Source of the DNA: an uncultured Gammaproteobacteria bacterium
GTDB lineage: Bacteria; Patescibacteriota; Patescibacteriia; Patescibacteriales; UBA12465
DNA length: 64,000 bases
Assembly (NCBI GenBank): GCA_964616855.1
Contig: CAZTUJ010000001.1
Span: 67,872-131,871 of the forward strand
Direction of reading: 5' to 3'
The notes under the pieces were generated by a model. The model made no database searches and was not told the DNA's origin. It worked only from the letters and a program-made list of their open reading frames with translations. A program made the position numbers and the translations under genes. Of the stretch, positions 8,910-19,363 are shown one piece after another; position 1 is the first letter of the stretch, and each line of letters starts with the position of its first letter.

Positions 8910-9764
8910 ATGGAAAATATTGCCGCTAGAACTAAAGAGTTGTGTCAGATTTATGAAATTAAGCCGGCTCGTAGCAAGGGTCAGAATTTTTTAATTAATG
9001 ATGGTATTTATAAGGCTATTATTAATGCGGCTGATTTACACCCTTCCGATACAGTCTTAGAAGTAGGGCCTGGCTTAGGTTTTTTAACGGCAGAGCTTTC
9101 CAAAAAAGTGGAGCGGGTGATTGCGGTGGAGCTGGATGATAAGTTAGCTTCGATATTACAGGTGGCAATTGATGCTCAGGCGGTAGAAAATGTGGAAATT
9201 ATTAATCAGGATATTTTGCGTTTCAATCCTGAAGAATATTTAGACCCCGTTACCGAATATCGCGTGGTGGCTAATTTGCCTTATAATATTACTTCTATTT
9301 TTTTACGCACCTTCCTGTCGTCAGCGCGTCCACCCCGTTCTTTAGTCTTAATGTTGCAGAAAGAAGTGGCGGAAAGAATTGTGGCGACAGCACCAGACAT
9401 GTCTTTGTTATCGCTATCTGTCCGTTATTATGGCACTCCAGAAATTATTCGCATCGTCCCTTCTTCCGATTTCTGGCCAGCGCCAGCGGTGGATAGTGCG
9501 ATTTTGCGCTTTACTTATGATCGCCCTCGCCCCACCCCGGCTTCTTTAGTGGCGGATAAAAACTTTTTCCGTATTGCGCGGGTGGCTTTCAGCGCTAAGC
9601 GCAAAATGTTGAAGAATAATCTGTTGGCAGGCTTTAAGATTAAGTCTGAAGATCTAGAAAAAGCTTTCCAAACAGCGGGTATTGACGCTAAAGCGAGAGC
9701 CGAGAGTTTAAGCTTAGAGCAGTGGCAACTTTTAGTTGCGGCTCTCGGCAATTTTGTGTTATAA
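8910..9764 (+). CDS. rsmA: 16S rRNA (adenine1518/1519-N6)-dimethyltransferase
   Basis: KGQNFL, SAM motif VLEVGPGLGFLT and NLPYNI; 284 aa. Confidence 0.9.
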   Translation: MENIAARTKELCQIYEIKPARSKGQNFLINDGIYKAIINAADLHPSDTVLEVGPGLGFLTAELSKKVERVIAVELDDKLASILQVAIDAQAVENVEIINQDILRFNPEEYLDPVTEYRVVANLPYNITSIFLRTFLSSARPPRSLVLMLQKEVAERIVATAPDMSLLSLSVRYYGTPEIIRIVPSSDFWPAPAVDSAILRFTYDRPRPTPASLVADKNFFRIARVAFSAKRKMLKNNLLAGFKIKSEDLEKAFQTAGIDAKARAESLSLEQWQLLVAALGNFVL

Positions 9765-9814
9765 TTTGAGTAATCTTGTTTTGTCCAAAGTTTTTAAAAC
9801 TGGCCAGATTACTT

Positions 9815-10459
9815 ATGTCTGATCACCTTGAAGATCAATCAAAAAATGAGACTCATTCCTCATTTTTTAAAAGTTTGCCCAAACCGCAGCGAGCCGCTTT
9901 TTTATTTTTATCGGCCCTGAGTTTGGGCGTTCTTGTTTTATGGCTCTGGCAGTTTAATGCTCGTCTTTCCCGGCCTTTTCGCGTGCCCGATACTGGTGAA
10001 AAAGAAGTGGCCGTTGATACCGGCGATTTCGAGGCGGCTTTAATTAGTTTAGATTCCGATGGCGATGGTTTAACTGATATAGAAGAACGGAGTTTGTATG
10101 CCTCCTCGCCTTATTTAGAAGATTCCGATAGTGACGGTATTAATGACCGCGCGGAAGTAGAGGGAGGCAGTGACCCTAATTGCGCCACCGGTCAAAATTG
10201 CGGCACCGCTACTGCACCAGCGATAACGCCAATTATTGCCAGTTCCACAACCATTGATGTAGAGCCTGAAACTGGCGCCGATAGTGGCGATGAAACAGAT
10301 CTTCAGGCGATGATGGCTGGTCAGGCCAGTGCCGCCCAACTCCGCGCCATGCTTTTAGATAGTGGTGCTAATGCAGATATGATTAATCAGTTGAGCGATG
10401 AAGAGCTAATTAAGACCTATCAAGAGATGTTAGCCGAGCAAGGAGATTCGGCTCAGTAA
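9815..10459 (+). CDS. membrane-anchored protein with thrombospondin type-3-like Ca-binding repeats
   Basis: TM segment AAFLFLSALSLGVLVLWLW. Two Asp-rich repeats, DSDGDGLTDIEE and DSDSDGINDRAEVEGGSDP. ATG at 9815 is preferred over the TTG at 9776 used by the track. Confidence 0.6.
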   Translation: MSDHLEDQSKNETHSSFFKSLPKPQRAAFLFLSALSLGVLVLWLWQFNARLSRPFRVPDTGEKEVAVDTGDFEAALISLDSDGDGLTDIEERSLYASSPYLEDSDSDGINDRAEVEGGSDPNCATGQNCGTATAPAITPIIASSTTIDVEPETGADSGDETDLQAMMAGQASAAQLRAMLLDSGANADMINQLSDEELIKTYQEMLAEQGDSAQ

Positions 10460-10481
10460 AATATTTATTATTTTGTAGATA

Positions 10482-13400
10482 ATGTCTGTGAAAATTATGA
10501 ATAAGCGATTTAACTTTTTAGCCAATCGGCAAAAATTAGGAGCAGTGGCAATTTTAGCCATCATCATCAGCTCTTCATTTTTAATCTCACCGCAATCAGC
10601 GCAGGCGCAGTTGGTGACGGCCGATACGCAAACGATTTCTCAGACTTTCATGCAAAAAGTTTGGGATTTTTTAAAGAAAGCTTATGAAAAAGGCGGCGCT
10701 TCTGCTTTTCAGAAAGTCGTTAGAACGGCTTTAAATAAAATTGCTTACGATACTGCGACCGCTCTTGGTTCTGGCGGCGAAGGCCAGCAGCCTTTATTTG
10801 TTACTAAAGACTGGGGCGAATATCTTACTCAAATTGGCGATGAAGCGGCTGGTTCTTTTATTGAAGACGCGGTTAATAATTGGAACGACTCCGATTGGGA
10901 CAGCGAGGGCAAGGGGAGCGCGAAAAATGAAGAATGTACAGCTTCTTATGAAACTTGCGCTCGTGGTACTTTTAATACGGTTACTCGAGAATGGGAAGGT
11001 GGCTGTGATATTATTCAAAATTCTCAAGAGGCAGCTGAGTGTGAAAAAAAATGTCAGTCAGCGCTCTTGCGGTGCGGGGGCGTAGTTACGGGTTCTGATG
11101 GCGTGACTGCACCTAAAAGCAGTAGAAATGTTGCTGTTTGTCAGCCTTCTTCTATTTCTGCTAAGTTAACGATTGCAATGGGTCTAGTTGATTATAACCG
11201 CCCTAAAGCACCTAATTGTACTGCTTCCGCTTTAGTAGAAAATTGGGATAGTTATATTGACCGCATGACCGCTTTTAAAGAAGAGGATTTTTTGGATAAG
11301 TTTGCCGGTATTTTTAATCCTGTTTCTAACGACCTCGGTATTTACATGGCTTTACGGACAGACATGACTCAGAAGATAGCTACTTCCGTTGACAGCTCCA
11401 AATTAAAATTAAATGCGGATAAGGGTTGGCTCGATATCCGGGATATTGCCGGCAATCCCAAAGGTATGCCTGGTGATGCGGCTACTCAGGCCGAGATGTC
11501 TAAGCAGGGTTATGTTAATAACATGGCAACCTTTTCTGGCGACGCTTTAATTGATGCCGCTAACGTCTTTTTAAATCAGTTAGCTTTAACTGCCTTTAAT
11601 CGTTACATGAGTAAATTGGGAGAAAAGACTCCCGATGCGGTTAGTATTAACAATCCGACTTCTGATCCAAAAATCGGTTATAGTGAAGTAGCTGTTAGAG
11701 AGAGTGCTGCCCAGATAATTGAGCCTGACTTTACTGTTCGGGCTGACTACGATATTTTATCTTCTCTCAGTATGTGCCGAGATCGCAATAACCCTGGGCC
11801 AGCTGAGTGCGTAATTGACGATAAGTTGATGCAGGGAATTGTAGAGAAAAAAACGGTAGCGGAGGCAGCAAAAGAAGGATATCTTCATAAGGAGTGGCTC
11901 TTTACTAGTGATTTTCGTGAAGGTTCTTATAGTCTGAGAAATTTGCAAATCATGCGTAAGTACCGCATCGTTCCTTTGGGCTGGGAAGTGGCGGCTAGCG
12001 CCAATAAAACCGCCACTTTAGTGGATTTAATGTCCTGTTTTAGTAACTCTGATTCTTATAATGAATATACTTCTAATTTTGATATTAGAAATCAAGCCTG
12101 GTGCCGCGGTTTAGTTGATCCTAATTGGGTCTTAAAAGCACCTTTAAATTATTGCGCTAAACAGGGCTATAGCTCCCAGATTCTTAATACTTCCGTTATT
12201 CCGACGGTTGATGGTAATGGTAATGCTGCCGACACTATTCAAATTACGCGTGCTGAAGATTATTGCGCCGATGATAAAACTTGTATTAAAGAGAAGGCCG
12301 ATGGTAGTTGCGAAGCTTATGGCTACTGCCAGTCTGAGCGGCGTACTTGGAATTTTGACTCTAAATCTTGCCAACCGATTAATAATACTTGTAGCTCTTT
12401 GATTAATGTCAGCTCTAACCAGAAAGTAGCTTATTTGGAAAATACTTTAGATTATGCCAATTGTAATGCCGACACGGTTGGTTGCAAACGTTATTCTTTA
12501 ACCGGCTCTTATGCTACTTCCACCGGCCAAGTTTCGTGGTCTTCTAATCCCACCGCTAATGCTTATTTTAATAATAAATTAGGTGCTTGTTCGGCTGGTG
12601 ATGAAGGCTGTAAAGAAGTTTTACGGGTGAAACCAGGTTGGGGTTCAAATTTAATCATGGGGGCTGACTTTGCTAATGATAAGGTCGGAGACGCCTTGTC
12701 TAATAGTTTAATTAATAATTATTGGCCAGTGTGGGCGACCGGTAACCGAGCGGCAAGTATCATTGACTCTTCGACTCTCGGCGGCGGTTCGGTGGGTAAG
12801 GCAATTTTATTAGAATCTACTGGTAATGTCGCTAGTACTACAATTGGCCTTTATTCTGATAATGCGGTTTCTTTAATTCCCGATAATCTTAATATTCTTT
12901 CGGGAGAAACTTATACTCTCAGTGCCGATGTTTATCTAATTGAAGGCGATAAAGTTCATGTAGTCTTAGGCAGTGATTATTTGGCCGCCGCTCAGACCGT
13001 TGATAAAAATGCCTGGCGCCATGTGTCTATTACTCGGAGTTTAAAAGAGAAGCCTTTATCGGAAATGTCTTTCTCAGTGGTTGGTTATAGTACTGGTCCC
13101 CAAGTGCGCTTTGCTGTGCGTAATCTTAAATTAGAGATGACTTCTTGGGATTCTGGCTTCTCGGTTTATGGGGCTTATAAAGTTTATGAAAAAATCATTC
13201 CTCCTTATTTAGCCGAGGCTTGTTATATGAGTAACATCCCCGGTGATCCTGACTACCGTCTGCGTGCAGATGCTCCGGCTGTTTGTAATAGTTTTGCTCG
13301 TCAGTGTAACCGCGATGAAGCTGGTTGTGAAAGTTATGCCGAAAATAGCACCGGGTTCACCGTAGCCGCTCAAGCAGTTTCCTCTGATTATTGTGATGCC

Positions 13401-16400
13401 TCTTGTAACGGTTATGATTTGTATGTTTCTCGTGCCAATTATTTCTATTCTCCTTTTGCCGAAAAAATTATTCCGAACAATAGTCGTTCTTGTAGCGCGG
13501 CGGCGGTTGGTTGTAGCGAATTTACTAATTTGGATGAAGTGGCCGCCGGTGGCGAAAAGAGAGAATACTATACTCAGTTGAAGCAGTGTATTCAGCCTGG
13601 CCCCAGTTGTGCTGACTTTTATACTTGGGAGGGGACGGAAGAGAGTGGTTATCAGCTTAAATCTTTAGTTTTGAAAAAGGATGACGCCGGTGATCCGGCG
13701 GTTACCGCTGATGATTCCCAGCTTTGTAGTGAGGCAATTTTCAACTTGCCACCGAGTGACCCGGGCTTTAATCCTGATTGTAAGCAATTTTATAATAAGG
13801 CCGGAGCAATTTCTTATCACTTAAAGGCTGCCACTATTACTTGTTCTGATAATTGTCATAATTATCGTCTTTCTGAAAATAACGTTGATACCTCTGTTAC
13901 TCAAGCCCAGTGTAGCGGGACTGATCGTTTCTGGAGTGCCGCCTCTTCCGCTTGTTTTGTCTGTAAAAATGGTGGTGTCTGGAATTCTGAATATAACGCT
14001 TGTATTTATCAAGCAATTCCTAATGAAGGTATTAAATGTTCGGCCGCCGAAAATGGCTGCCGAGAGTATAACGGTAGTCTGGGTAACAATGTTAAGATGG
14101 TTGAAGCTTACAGCTTTGAACAGGGAACTGATGGCTGGAAAGGGCAATGCGGTGATGATGCCCGCAGCTCTGCCGTTGCCAATGTTAATAATGGTAAGTC
14201 ACTGCTATATGACCGTGGTTCCAATTATAATAATGTCAACATTCAAACAGAGTGCATCCAGAATAATCAGGTGGGTTTCTTAGATAAATTCTTTGGTAGC
14301 GCTAACGCTGCCCCGGCTTCCTATATCAAACAAGTCGTTGGTCGTAACGTCTCTCAAGGTAATTCTTATAGTCTGAAGTTTACGGCCAGTGCTCCTTTGG
14401 ATGCTAATGTTAGTTTTGCTTTCCTAAGTAGCCAGGATGAAATCGTTTACTTTAATGCCAGCGAGAGTGACATTACTGGCAATATTACTATTTCTGGAAA
14501 TAGCGAATGGCGAACATACGAATTGAGTCTACCTGAACTTAATCACGAAGTTGATGGTGACGAAGCTTTAATCATTGTTTCTGATCGGGACTTCTTCCTG
14601 GATAATATTGTTTTAACAGAAATTCGCGATCGTTATTATTTAATCAAAAATACCAGCGAGGTGCCGGATGTTTGTTACTACGATATGCTGGATAATTATC
14701 AGGGGGCTGACTATAATCTTGGTTGCTCTTTGTATAATGATCGAGCTGGTAATAATCATTATTTACGTCAATTCAGTCGTCTTTGCCAGGAGTCAGCGGT
14801 TGGCTGCGAGTTAATGGTGGATACCGCTAATTATGATGACTATAAGCCCGCGGTCTGGCATGATGAAAATAATAACGGTGTTTGCGACTCCAACGAGGTC
14901 GAGTGTGTTGCTGTGGACGGTGACCGTTTCTTCTATGCAATTTATGATGAAAGCCGCCGTTGCAATAAAGCTGATTTAGGTTGCTCTCGTTTAGGAGAGT
15001 CATCTTCTTCTGGTTCAGCTTTAGAATGGAGCGATGTCTTTAAGCGCAATAACCCCAATAACTACAGCCAGTCATTATGTGCCGCCGCTGATGCCGGTTG
15101 CGAAGCTTGGCAATATACTGATGGTAGCGGACTTACTTATTTCAAGAATCCTGGCAATAATGCCTGTGTTTATCGGACTAGTACTAATCCCGATAAGCCG
15201 GGTAAGGCTTGGTATAAAGTGCCGGTTACTCGTTGCGATTTGAATAATAATGGCAGTATTGATGGTACGGAAAAAAACTTGGATATTTGTAAAACTGCCA
15301 ATGATTGCGCTAATATCAGTCCTTGTTTAGTGGATAATAATGACTATGATTGTTCTGTCTCCTACTTTAAGACCGTCGGTTTTGGCGGCGGTGGCAATCA
15401 AGTGCCCGTGCCTTCCTTAGCGGCCGGTTTGTGTGAATCAGCCAGCTCCGGTTGTACGGAATATATTGATCCGGTTAGCACCTTCTCTTCTAATGTAGTC
15501 TATAATCCTCTTGTGGAAATGAGTGCTAATGGTCAGTATTTAGGCTGGGAAATGTCGGGTGTTTCTTGGAGTCAAGATTTAATAATTGAACCGAATAAAC
15601 TTTATATCTTTTCTTCCGGGATTAGTGCTGCCAGTACTACTATCCAGAATGATTTAATTATTAATTTTCCGTTCGGGGTCTCGCTTTTGCAAGAAGATAA
15701 TAATTTTAGCACTGTAGCGAGTACAAGTTTAAGAATTCCAAGCAATAATCCTAGCAAGCGTTTTGTCTTCCACTCTCGTGGTAATACTGAGGCAACTATT
15801 ACCGGCGCTTGGCCTGGGCAAGAAGTTGTTTTAAAGGAGGCGATTATTGATTATCAATTCCGTCAGAATGTTGATAAGACAACTTGTAATGGTATTGTAA
15901 ATTTTGATAACGGTTGCGTCTTGTTCAATGAGCGCTCAGTTAATGGCGGTGCCGGCCTACTCTCTTTAAGCGGTGGCTGGAATGCGGCCGCTAGCATTGA
16001 CGGACAATCTCCTGTTAGTTGTAGCGCCGGGAGTTGTAGCGCTAATAGATTAGTGAAAGTTAGACCTAATCGCGTGTGTGCCTCTTGGCTGGATTGTTTA
16101 ACTTATGAGGTTGATCCAGAAACTAATCAGCGCACCTGTTATGCTTTAGGGGAGTGCAACAGTTTAAATGATAATAATGAGTGTGCTAATTTTGTTAGAT
16201 CTTCCAATCAAATTTTAGCTTCTTCTAGTTCTGATATTACTAAACGTGATGGTTATTCGGTCTTAAATAAATTAGATCTTTCAGGAATGAGAGAAGTTGG
16301 CCTTAACACTGAGGCTCATTATGATTTTGAAGATTCTAGCCAGACTTTGTATTGTCGTTTAGTAACATCGACCTCCTCTCCTTGTGTTTTTGATAACGAC

Positions 16401-18734
16401 GTTTTTACAGATAGTGTTATTAAAAGTCCGACTAATGCCCCGACCGACTATCCCGCCGAAGGTAAAGCTTATTTACGCGTAATGGCCGGTAATATGATTT
16501 CCCCGCACTCTTATAATGCCCCTATTTCTATTCAGGCGGGTCAAGATTATTATTTAAATTTTTTGGTTAATACTAAGGGATCCGGTGTTGATGCCAAAGT
16601 CTGGGTTTATAATGCTGCTAATAATAATTTAATTACTTCGGCAACTTACAGCTCTATTAATGGCTGGGAAAGGCGAGTATTAAAGATTTCAGGAACAAGT
16701 TTAGTTGGTATTGGTTCCATTAGAGTTTACTTCGGCACCACTAGTATTAGCAAAGATGAGCGTTACGTCTATTTTGATGACATCAATATTGAGCCCGTGC
16801 TCCAGGTGGCCGGTGATAATGGCGTTAATAGTTATATTGCTAAAGAGTGCCGCCTCTATCCTACCCAAGACGCCACTTCTTGTACGAGTAAAAATAGCCA
16901 GGTTGTTAGTGATGGTTTAGTCGGCTATTGTTTACAGCACGACTTAGCCAATAAGAATGTCTGTTTGTTGTGGTATCCGGTTGATCAGATTAGTGCTGCT
17001 TCTAAGTCTGCCCGTTCTAACTTGGGTTATCAGGGCGCCTTCCCCCTTAACTATTGCACGGAGGCTAATGGTTATTTTACTCTAGTAGAAAAGAGAGTTA
17101 CCATCAAACTTGATGCCGCTCATAGTACTGCTGAAAATGAGTGGGGTGATGATAATTGCGAAACTCTTGCCGGTCGTTGTGGTAACACCTTAGACCCTAA
17201 CTATGATACCATTATTGAAACTAATCACGGTGATGTTTCCGCTTGGAGAAGGGTTTATTGTGTTCCGAGTCCAAGTCATCTCTTATTTATTAGTAGCCAG
17301 CGAACCGTTGGTGGTAATGATGCCTGTAGAAACAAAATTTTATATGAAGGCTGGGGAGTTTATAATGGTTTTCGCTTCGTTCAATCGGGGCAATATATTC
17401 CTGGCTGTGGTGGTAATTGTGACATTAACTGTGAGTCAGGCGACTGTTCTAATTTAAACGAGACCTTGAATGCTGATCCAAATGTTAGAGTTTATGATTA
17501 TAATTATCCCTCGGTTGATGAAGACGATTTGAAACTAGTATCTTCTTCCGATGAAAATGAGGTCTATTACCCAACGTGTAATCGTTTTGTTCAAGTAGTT
17601 GACTCAGCCGGTAATAATAAAGCCTGGGCTGGCCGTACCAGTAAGTTTAGTATTTATCCTTATGAGACCCCGACTTTTTTCCGAGATGAAGCTAATTATT
17701 ATGGCTCGGCTTGTTATTTGCCTGGTGATTGTATTGAAACTTGTGAGTGCAATGTTCATTGCGAATGTGATTTGGGCAATGAATATTGTTCAGCGCCCTG
17801 TGACGTGCCTGGCGATTGTTATGAATATGCTCCTGATCAAATTGTCCCTTGCGGTACTCCCGGTTCTTTACAAGATCCTACTGCCTTTAACTTTACTAAA
17901 TATGGCCGTCTCCGTGATTTAGTCCCTTTTGGGGCGGCTACTTTCCCAGATAATTTTAACATCTTTGATGCTGATCCGATTATGTTCCGTAGCCAGTACT
18001 CAAGTAAATTAGATCAGAAAGCCTTTGCCGGCCGTCCTTATGGCTGCAAGGGCACGGGTTGTGCCAATATTGGTTATTGTAGTTTGAACCCCCAGGTAAT
18101 TTGTCTTCTCGATACCACTACTAGTTCTACCACATCTTTAGTTGCTCAAAAATCTTGTGGTGGCGCTAACGGCACCTGTATTTCCTTGTGGAATGCTAGT
18201 AAATTGGTCAATAATTTCTATCCAGAAGATATTTTAAGGAACACTTTCTTAAAATCATTTGCTGGCTATAAATATAGTTCTAGTACTAGCGCTTATATTT
18301 CTGATACCCTGTCTACTTATACTCAGGCTACTGGTGGTTCTTATGCTACTTCTACTTATTTAGGTCAATGTGGTTCGGATGGCGCCCATTTTTCTTCAAA
18401 TGATTCTAGTTATTTGACTTATTGGTGTGCGGTTCGACCGAAAATAACTAATGTTAAGTTGAATGGACTCTCTTCTGGCACCGGTATGTTTGACGTCTCT
18501 CAGCCCGGTATTTATACCTTGACTTTCAACACCGCCATTGATATTGAGCAGCAACCTCTGCGAGATTTGATTATCGATTGGGGTGATAATTCAATTCAAA
18601 GTCTGGTTAATGAAGATCATCGTCCGGACGCCAATAATCCTCATAAACTTTATCATTTTTATCAAGGAGGTAGTGGTATACTTAAGATTGGTATTAGAGC
18701 CTCTGATAATTGGGGATTCTTCGCTAATTATTAG
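10482..18734 (+). CDS. giant (2750 aa) secreted Cys-rich surface protein
   Basis: A single uninterrupted ORF. Signal peptide ending SAQAQ. Nine copies of the motif C-x5-G-C-x2-[YFWLV]. Three segments end in jelly-roll/CBM-like strands (VRNLKLEM, FFLDNIVLTEI, VYFDDINIEPV). C-terminal PKD-like LIIDWGDNS. Confidence 0.8.
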   Translation: MSVKIMNKRFNFLANRQKLGAVAILAIIISSSFLISPQSAQAQLVTADTQTISQTFMQKVWDFLKKAYEKGGASAFQKVVRTALNKIAYDTATALGSGGEGQQPLFVTKDWGEYLTQIGDEAAGSFIEDAVNNWNDSDWDSEGKGSAKNEECTASYETCARGTFNTVTREWEGGCDIIQNSQEAAECEKKCQSALLRCGGVVTGSDGVTAPKSSRNVAVCQPSSISAKLTIAMGLVDYNRPKAPNCTASALVENWDSYIDRMTAFKEEDFLDKFAGIFNPVSNDLGIYMALRTDMTQKIATSVDSSKLKLNADKGWLDIRDIAGNPKGMPGDAATQAEMSKQGYVNNMATFSGDALIDAANVFLNQLALTAFNRYMSKLGEKTPDAVSINNPTSDPKIGYSEVAVRESAAQIIEPDFTVRADYDILSSLSMCRDRNNPGPAECVIDDKLMQGIVEKKTVAEAAKEGYLHKEWLFTSDFREGSYSLRNLQIMRKYRIVPLGWEVAASANKTATLVDLMSCFSNSDSYNEYTSNFDIRNQAWCRGLVDPNWVLKAPLNYCAKQGYSSQILNTSVIPTVDGNGNAADTIQITRAEDYCADDKTCIKEKADGSCEAYGYCQSERRTWNFDSKSCQPINNTCSSLINVSSNQKVAYLENTLDYANCNADTVGCKRYSLTGSYATSTGQVSWSSNPTANAYFNNKLGACSAGDEGCKEVLRVKPGWGSNLIMGADFANDKVGDALSNSLINNYWPVWATGNRAASIIDSSTLGGGSVGKAILLESTGNVASTTIGLYSDNAVSLIPDNLNILSGETYTLSADVYLIEGDKVHVVLGSDYLAAAQTVDKNAWRHVSITRSLKEKPLSEMSFSVVGYSTGPQVRFAVRNLKLEMTSWDSGFSVYGAYKVYEKIIPPYLAEACYMSNIPGDPDYRLRADAPAVCNSFARQCNRDEAGCESYAENSTGFTVAAQAVSSDYCDASCNGYDLYVSRANYFYSPFAEKIIPNNSRSCSAAAVGCSEFTNLDEVAAGGEKREYYTQLKQCIQPGPSCADFYTWEGTEESGYQLKSLVLKKDDAGDPAVTADDSQLCSEAIFNLPPSDPGFNPDCKQFYNKAGAISYHLKAATITCSDNCHNYRLSENNVDTSVTQAQCSGTDRFWSAASSACFVCKNGGVWNSEYNACIYQAIPNEGIKCSAAENGCREYNGSLGNNVKMVEAYSFEQGTDGWKGQCGDDARSSAVANVNNGKSLLYDRGSNYNNVNIQTECIQNNQVGFLDKFFGSANAAPASYIKQVVGRNVSQGNSYSLKFTASAPLDANVSFAFLSSQDEIVYFNASESDITGNITISGNSEWRTYELSLPELNHEVDGDEALIIVSDRDFFLDNIVLTEIRDRYYLIKNTSEVPDVCYYDMLDNYQGADYNLGCSLYNDRAGNNHYLRQFSRLCQESAVGCELMVDTANYDDYKPAVWHDENNNGVCDSNEVECVAVDGDRFFYAIYDESRRCNKADLGCSRLGESSSSGSALEWSDVFKRNNPNNYSQSLCAAADAGCEAWQYTDGSGLTYFKNPGNNACVYRTSTNPDKPGKAWYKVPVTRCDLNNNGSIDGTEKNLDICKTANDCANISPCLVDNNDYDCSVSYFKTVGFGGGGNQVPVPSLAAGLCESASSGCTEYIDPVSTFSSNVVYNPLVEMSANGQYLGWEMSGVSWSQDLIIEPNKLYIFSSGISAASTTIQNDLIINFPFGVSLLQEDNNFSTVASTSLRIPSNNPSKRFVFHSRGNTEATITGAWPGQEVVLKEAIIDYQFRQNVDKTTCNGIVNFDNGCVLFNERSVNGGAGLLSLSGGWNAAASIDGQSPVSCSAGSCSANRLVKVRPNRVCASWLDCLTYEVDPETNQRTCYALGECNSLNDNNECANFVRSSNQILASSSSDITKRDGYSVLNKLDLSGMREVGLNTEAHYDFEDSSQTLYCRLVTSTSSPCVFDNDVFTDSVIKSPTNAPTDYPAEGKAYLRVMAGNMISPHSYNAPISIQAGQDYYLNFLVNTKGSGVDAKVWVYNAANNNLITSATYSSINGWERRVLKISGTSLVGIGSIRVYFGTTSISKDERYVYFDDINIEPVLQVAGDNGVNSYIAKECRLYPTQDATSCTSKNSQVVSDGLVGYCLQHDLANKNVCLLWYPVDQISAASKSARSNLGYQGAFPLNYCTEANGYFTLVEKRVTIKLDAAHSTAENEWGDDNCETLAGRCGNTLDPNYDTIIETNHGDVSAWRRVYCVPSPSHLLFISSQRTVGGNDACRNKILYEGWGVYNGFRFVQSGQYIPGCGGNCDINCESGDCSNLNETLNADPNVRVYDYNYPSVDEDDLKLVSSSDENEVYYPTCNRFVQVVDSAGNNKAWAGRTSKFSIYPYETPTFFRDEANYYGSACYLPGDCIETCECNVHCECDLGNEYCSAPCDVPGDCYEYAPDQIVPCGTPGSLQDPTAFNFTKYGRLRDLVPFGAATFPDNFNIFDADPIMFRSQYSSKLDQKAFAGRPYGCKGTGCANIGYCSLNPQVICLLDTTTSSTTSLVAQKSCGGANGTCISLWNASKLVNNFYPEDILRNTFLKSFAGYKYSSSTSAYISDTLSTYTQATGGSYATSTYLGQCGSDGAHFSSNDSSYLTYWCAVRPKITNVKLNGLSSGTGMFDVSQPGIYTLTFNTAIDIEQQPLRDLIIDWGDNSIQSLVNEDHRPDANNPHKLYHFYQGGSGILKIGIRASDNWGFFANY

Positions 18735-18838
18735 TATTTATTTAGTTCAGAACCTGGATATTGACATTTTACTGTTATTATATTAGAATGATTAACATAG
18801 TTACTTAAAATTAATTTTTAACCCAAACAATAGATGTC

Positions 18839-19255
18839 ATGAAAAAGCTGATTTTTGCACTGTTTTTAGCGACAATGTTTATTTTTGTTGCTTGTGAAAA
18901 GGATCCCTCGGATCCGCCTAATCCTCCTACCCCCACCGTCTATAAGGCGGAAATTAAGGTAAAATTTACCGCCACCCCGCAGGGAATGGTGGTTGGAGTT
19001 ACTAACTTCGGTCTTCAGGACCAGAATAAACAGGCCCTAACGACAAACCTGTATGACCTGGTTCCTTACCCGGTGGCCGATTTTATATGGAATTTGGATA
19101 CCACCTTAGCTCGTCAGCAATGGGGTAAACAAGTTTATGTATATGTCGGTGCCTGCCGGAGTGACGGGGTTGCGTGTTATGGCCAGGAAGAATGGTTAAA
19201 AATTGACAAATTGGGTAAAACCAATGAGGTTCAGTTTGCAATCAAACCTTTTTGA
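18839..19255 (+). CDS. small probable lipoprotein
   Basis: MKKLIFALFLATMFIFVAC has a lipobox-like Cys. 138 aa, followed by two hairpin terminators. Confidence 0.55.
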   Translation: MKKLIFALFLATMFIFVACEKDPSDPPNPPTPTVYKAEIKVKFTATPQGMVVGVTNFGLQDQNKQALTTNLYDLVPYPVADFIWNLDTTLARQQWGKQVYVYVGACRSDGVACYGQEEWLKIDKLGKTNEVQFAIKPF

Positions 19256-19278
19256 GCCGGTTCGTATCTTCAATGTTG

Positions 19279-19314
19279 TCCGCTCCCTTTCTTTTTTAAG
19301 GGAGCGGATTTTTT
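19279..19314 (+). terminator. rho-independent terminator
   Basis: Stem tccgctccctt / aagggagcgga followed by a T-run. Confidence 0.75.
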
Positions 19315-19316
19315 AT

Positions 19317-19346
19317 ACAAAAACCGGCCCTAGGGGCCGGTTTTTT
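19317..19346. terminator. bidirectional hairpin terminator between convergent genes
   Basis: aaaaaccggccc-tag-gggccggtttttt: a GC stem flanked by an A-run and a T-run. It lies between the lipoprotein gene (+) and gltX (-). Confidence 0.8.
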
Positions 19347-19363
19347 GGTATTTTGTTTATGTC

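Noticed and set aside
10741-17922. Many 60-130-aa ORFs in alternative frames or antisense inside the giant gene, for example 10741..11085, 13821..14147, 13885..14283 and 17599..17922.
   Set aside because: They are shadow ORFs inside one continuous 8.25-kb reading frame with a coherent signal peptide and repeated motifs. Their translations are low-complexity and hydrophobic, without recognisable motifs.
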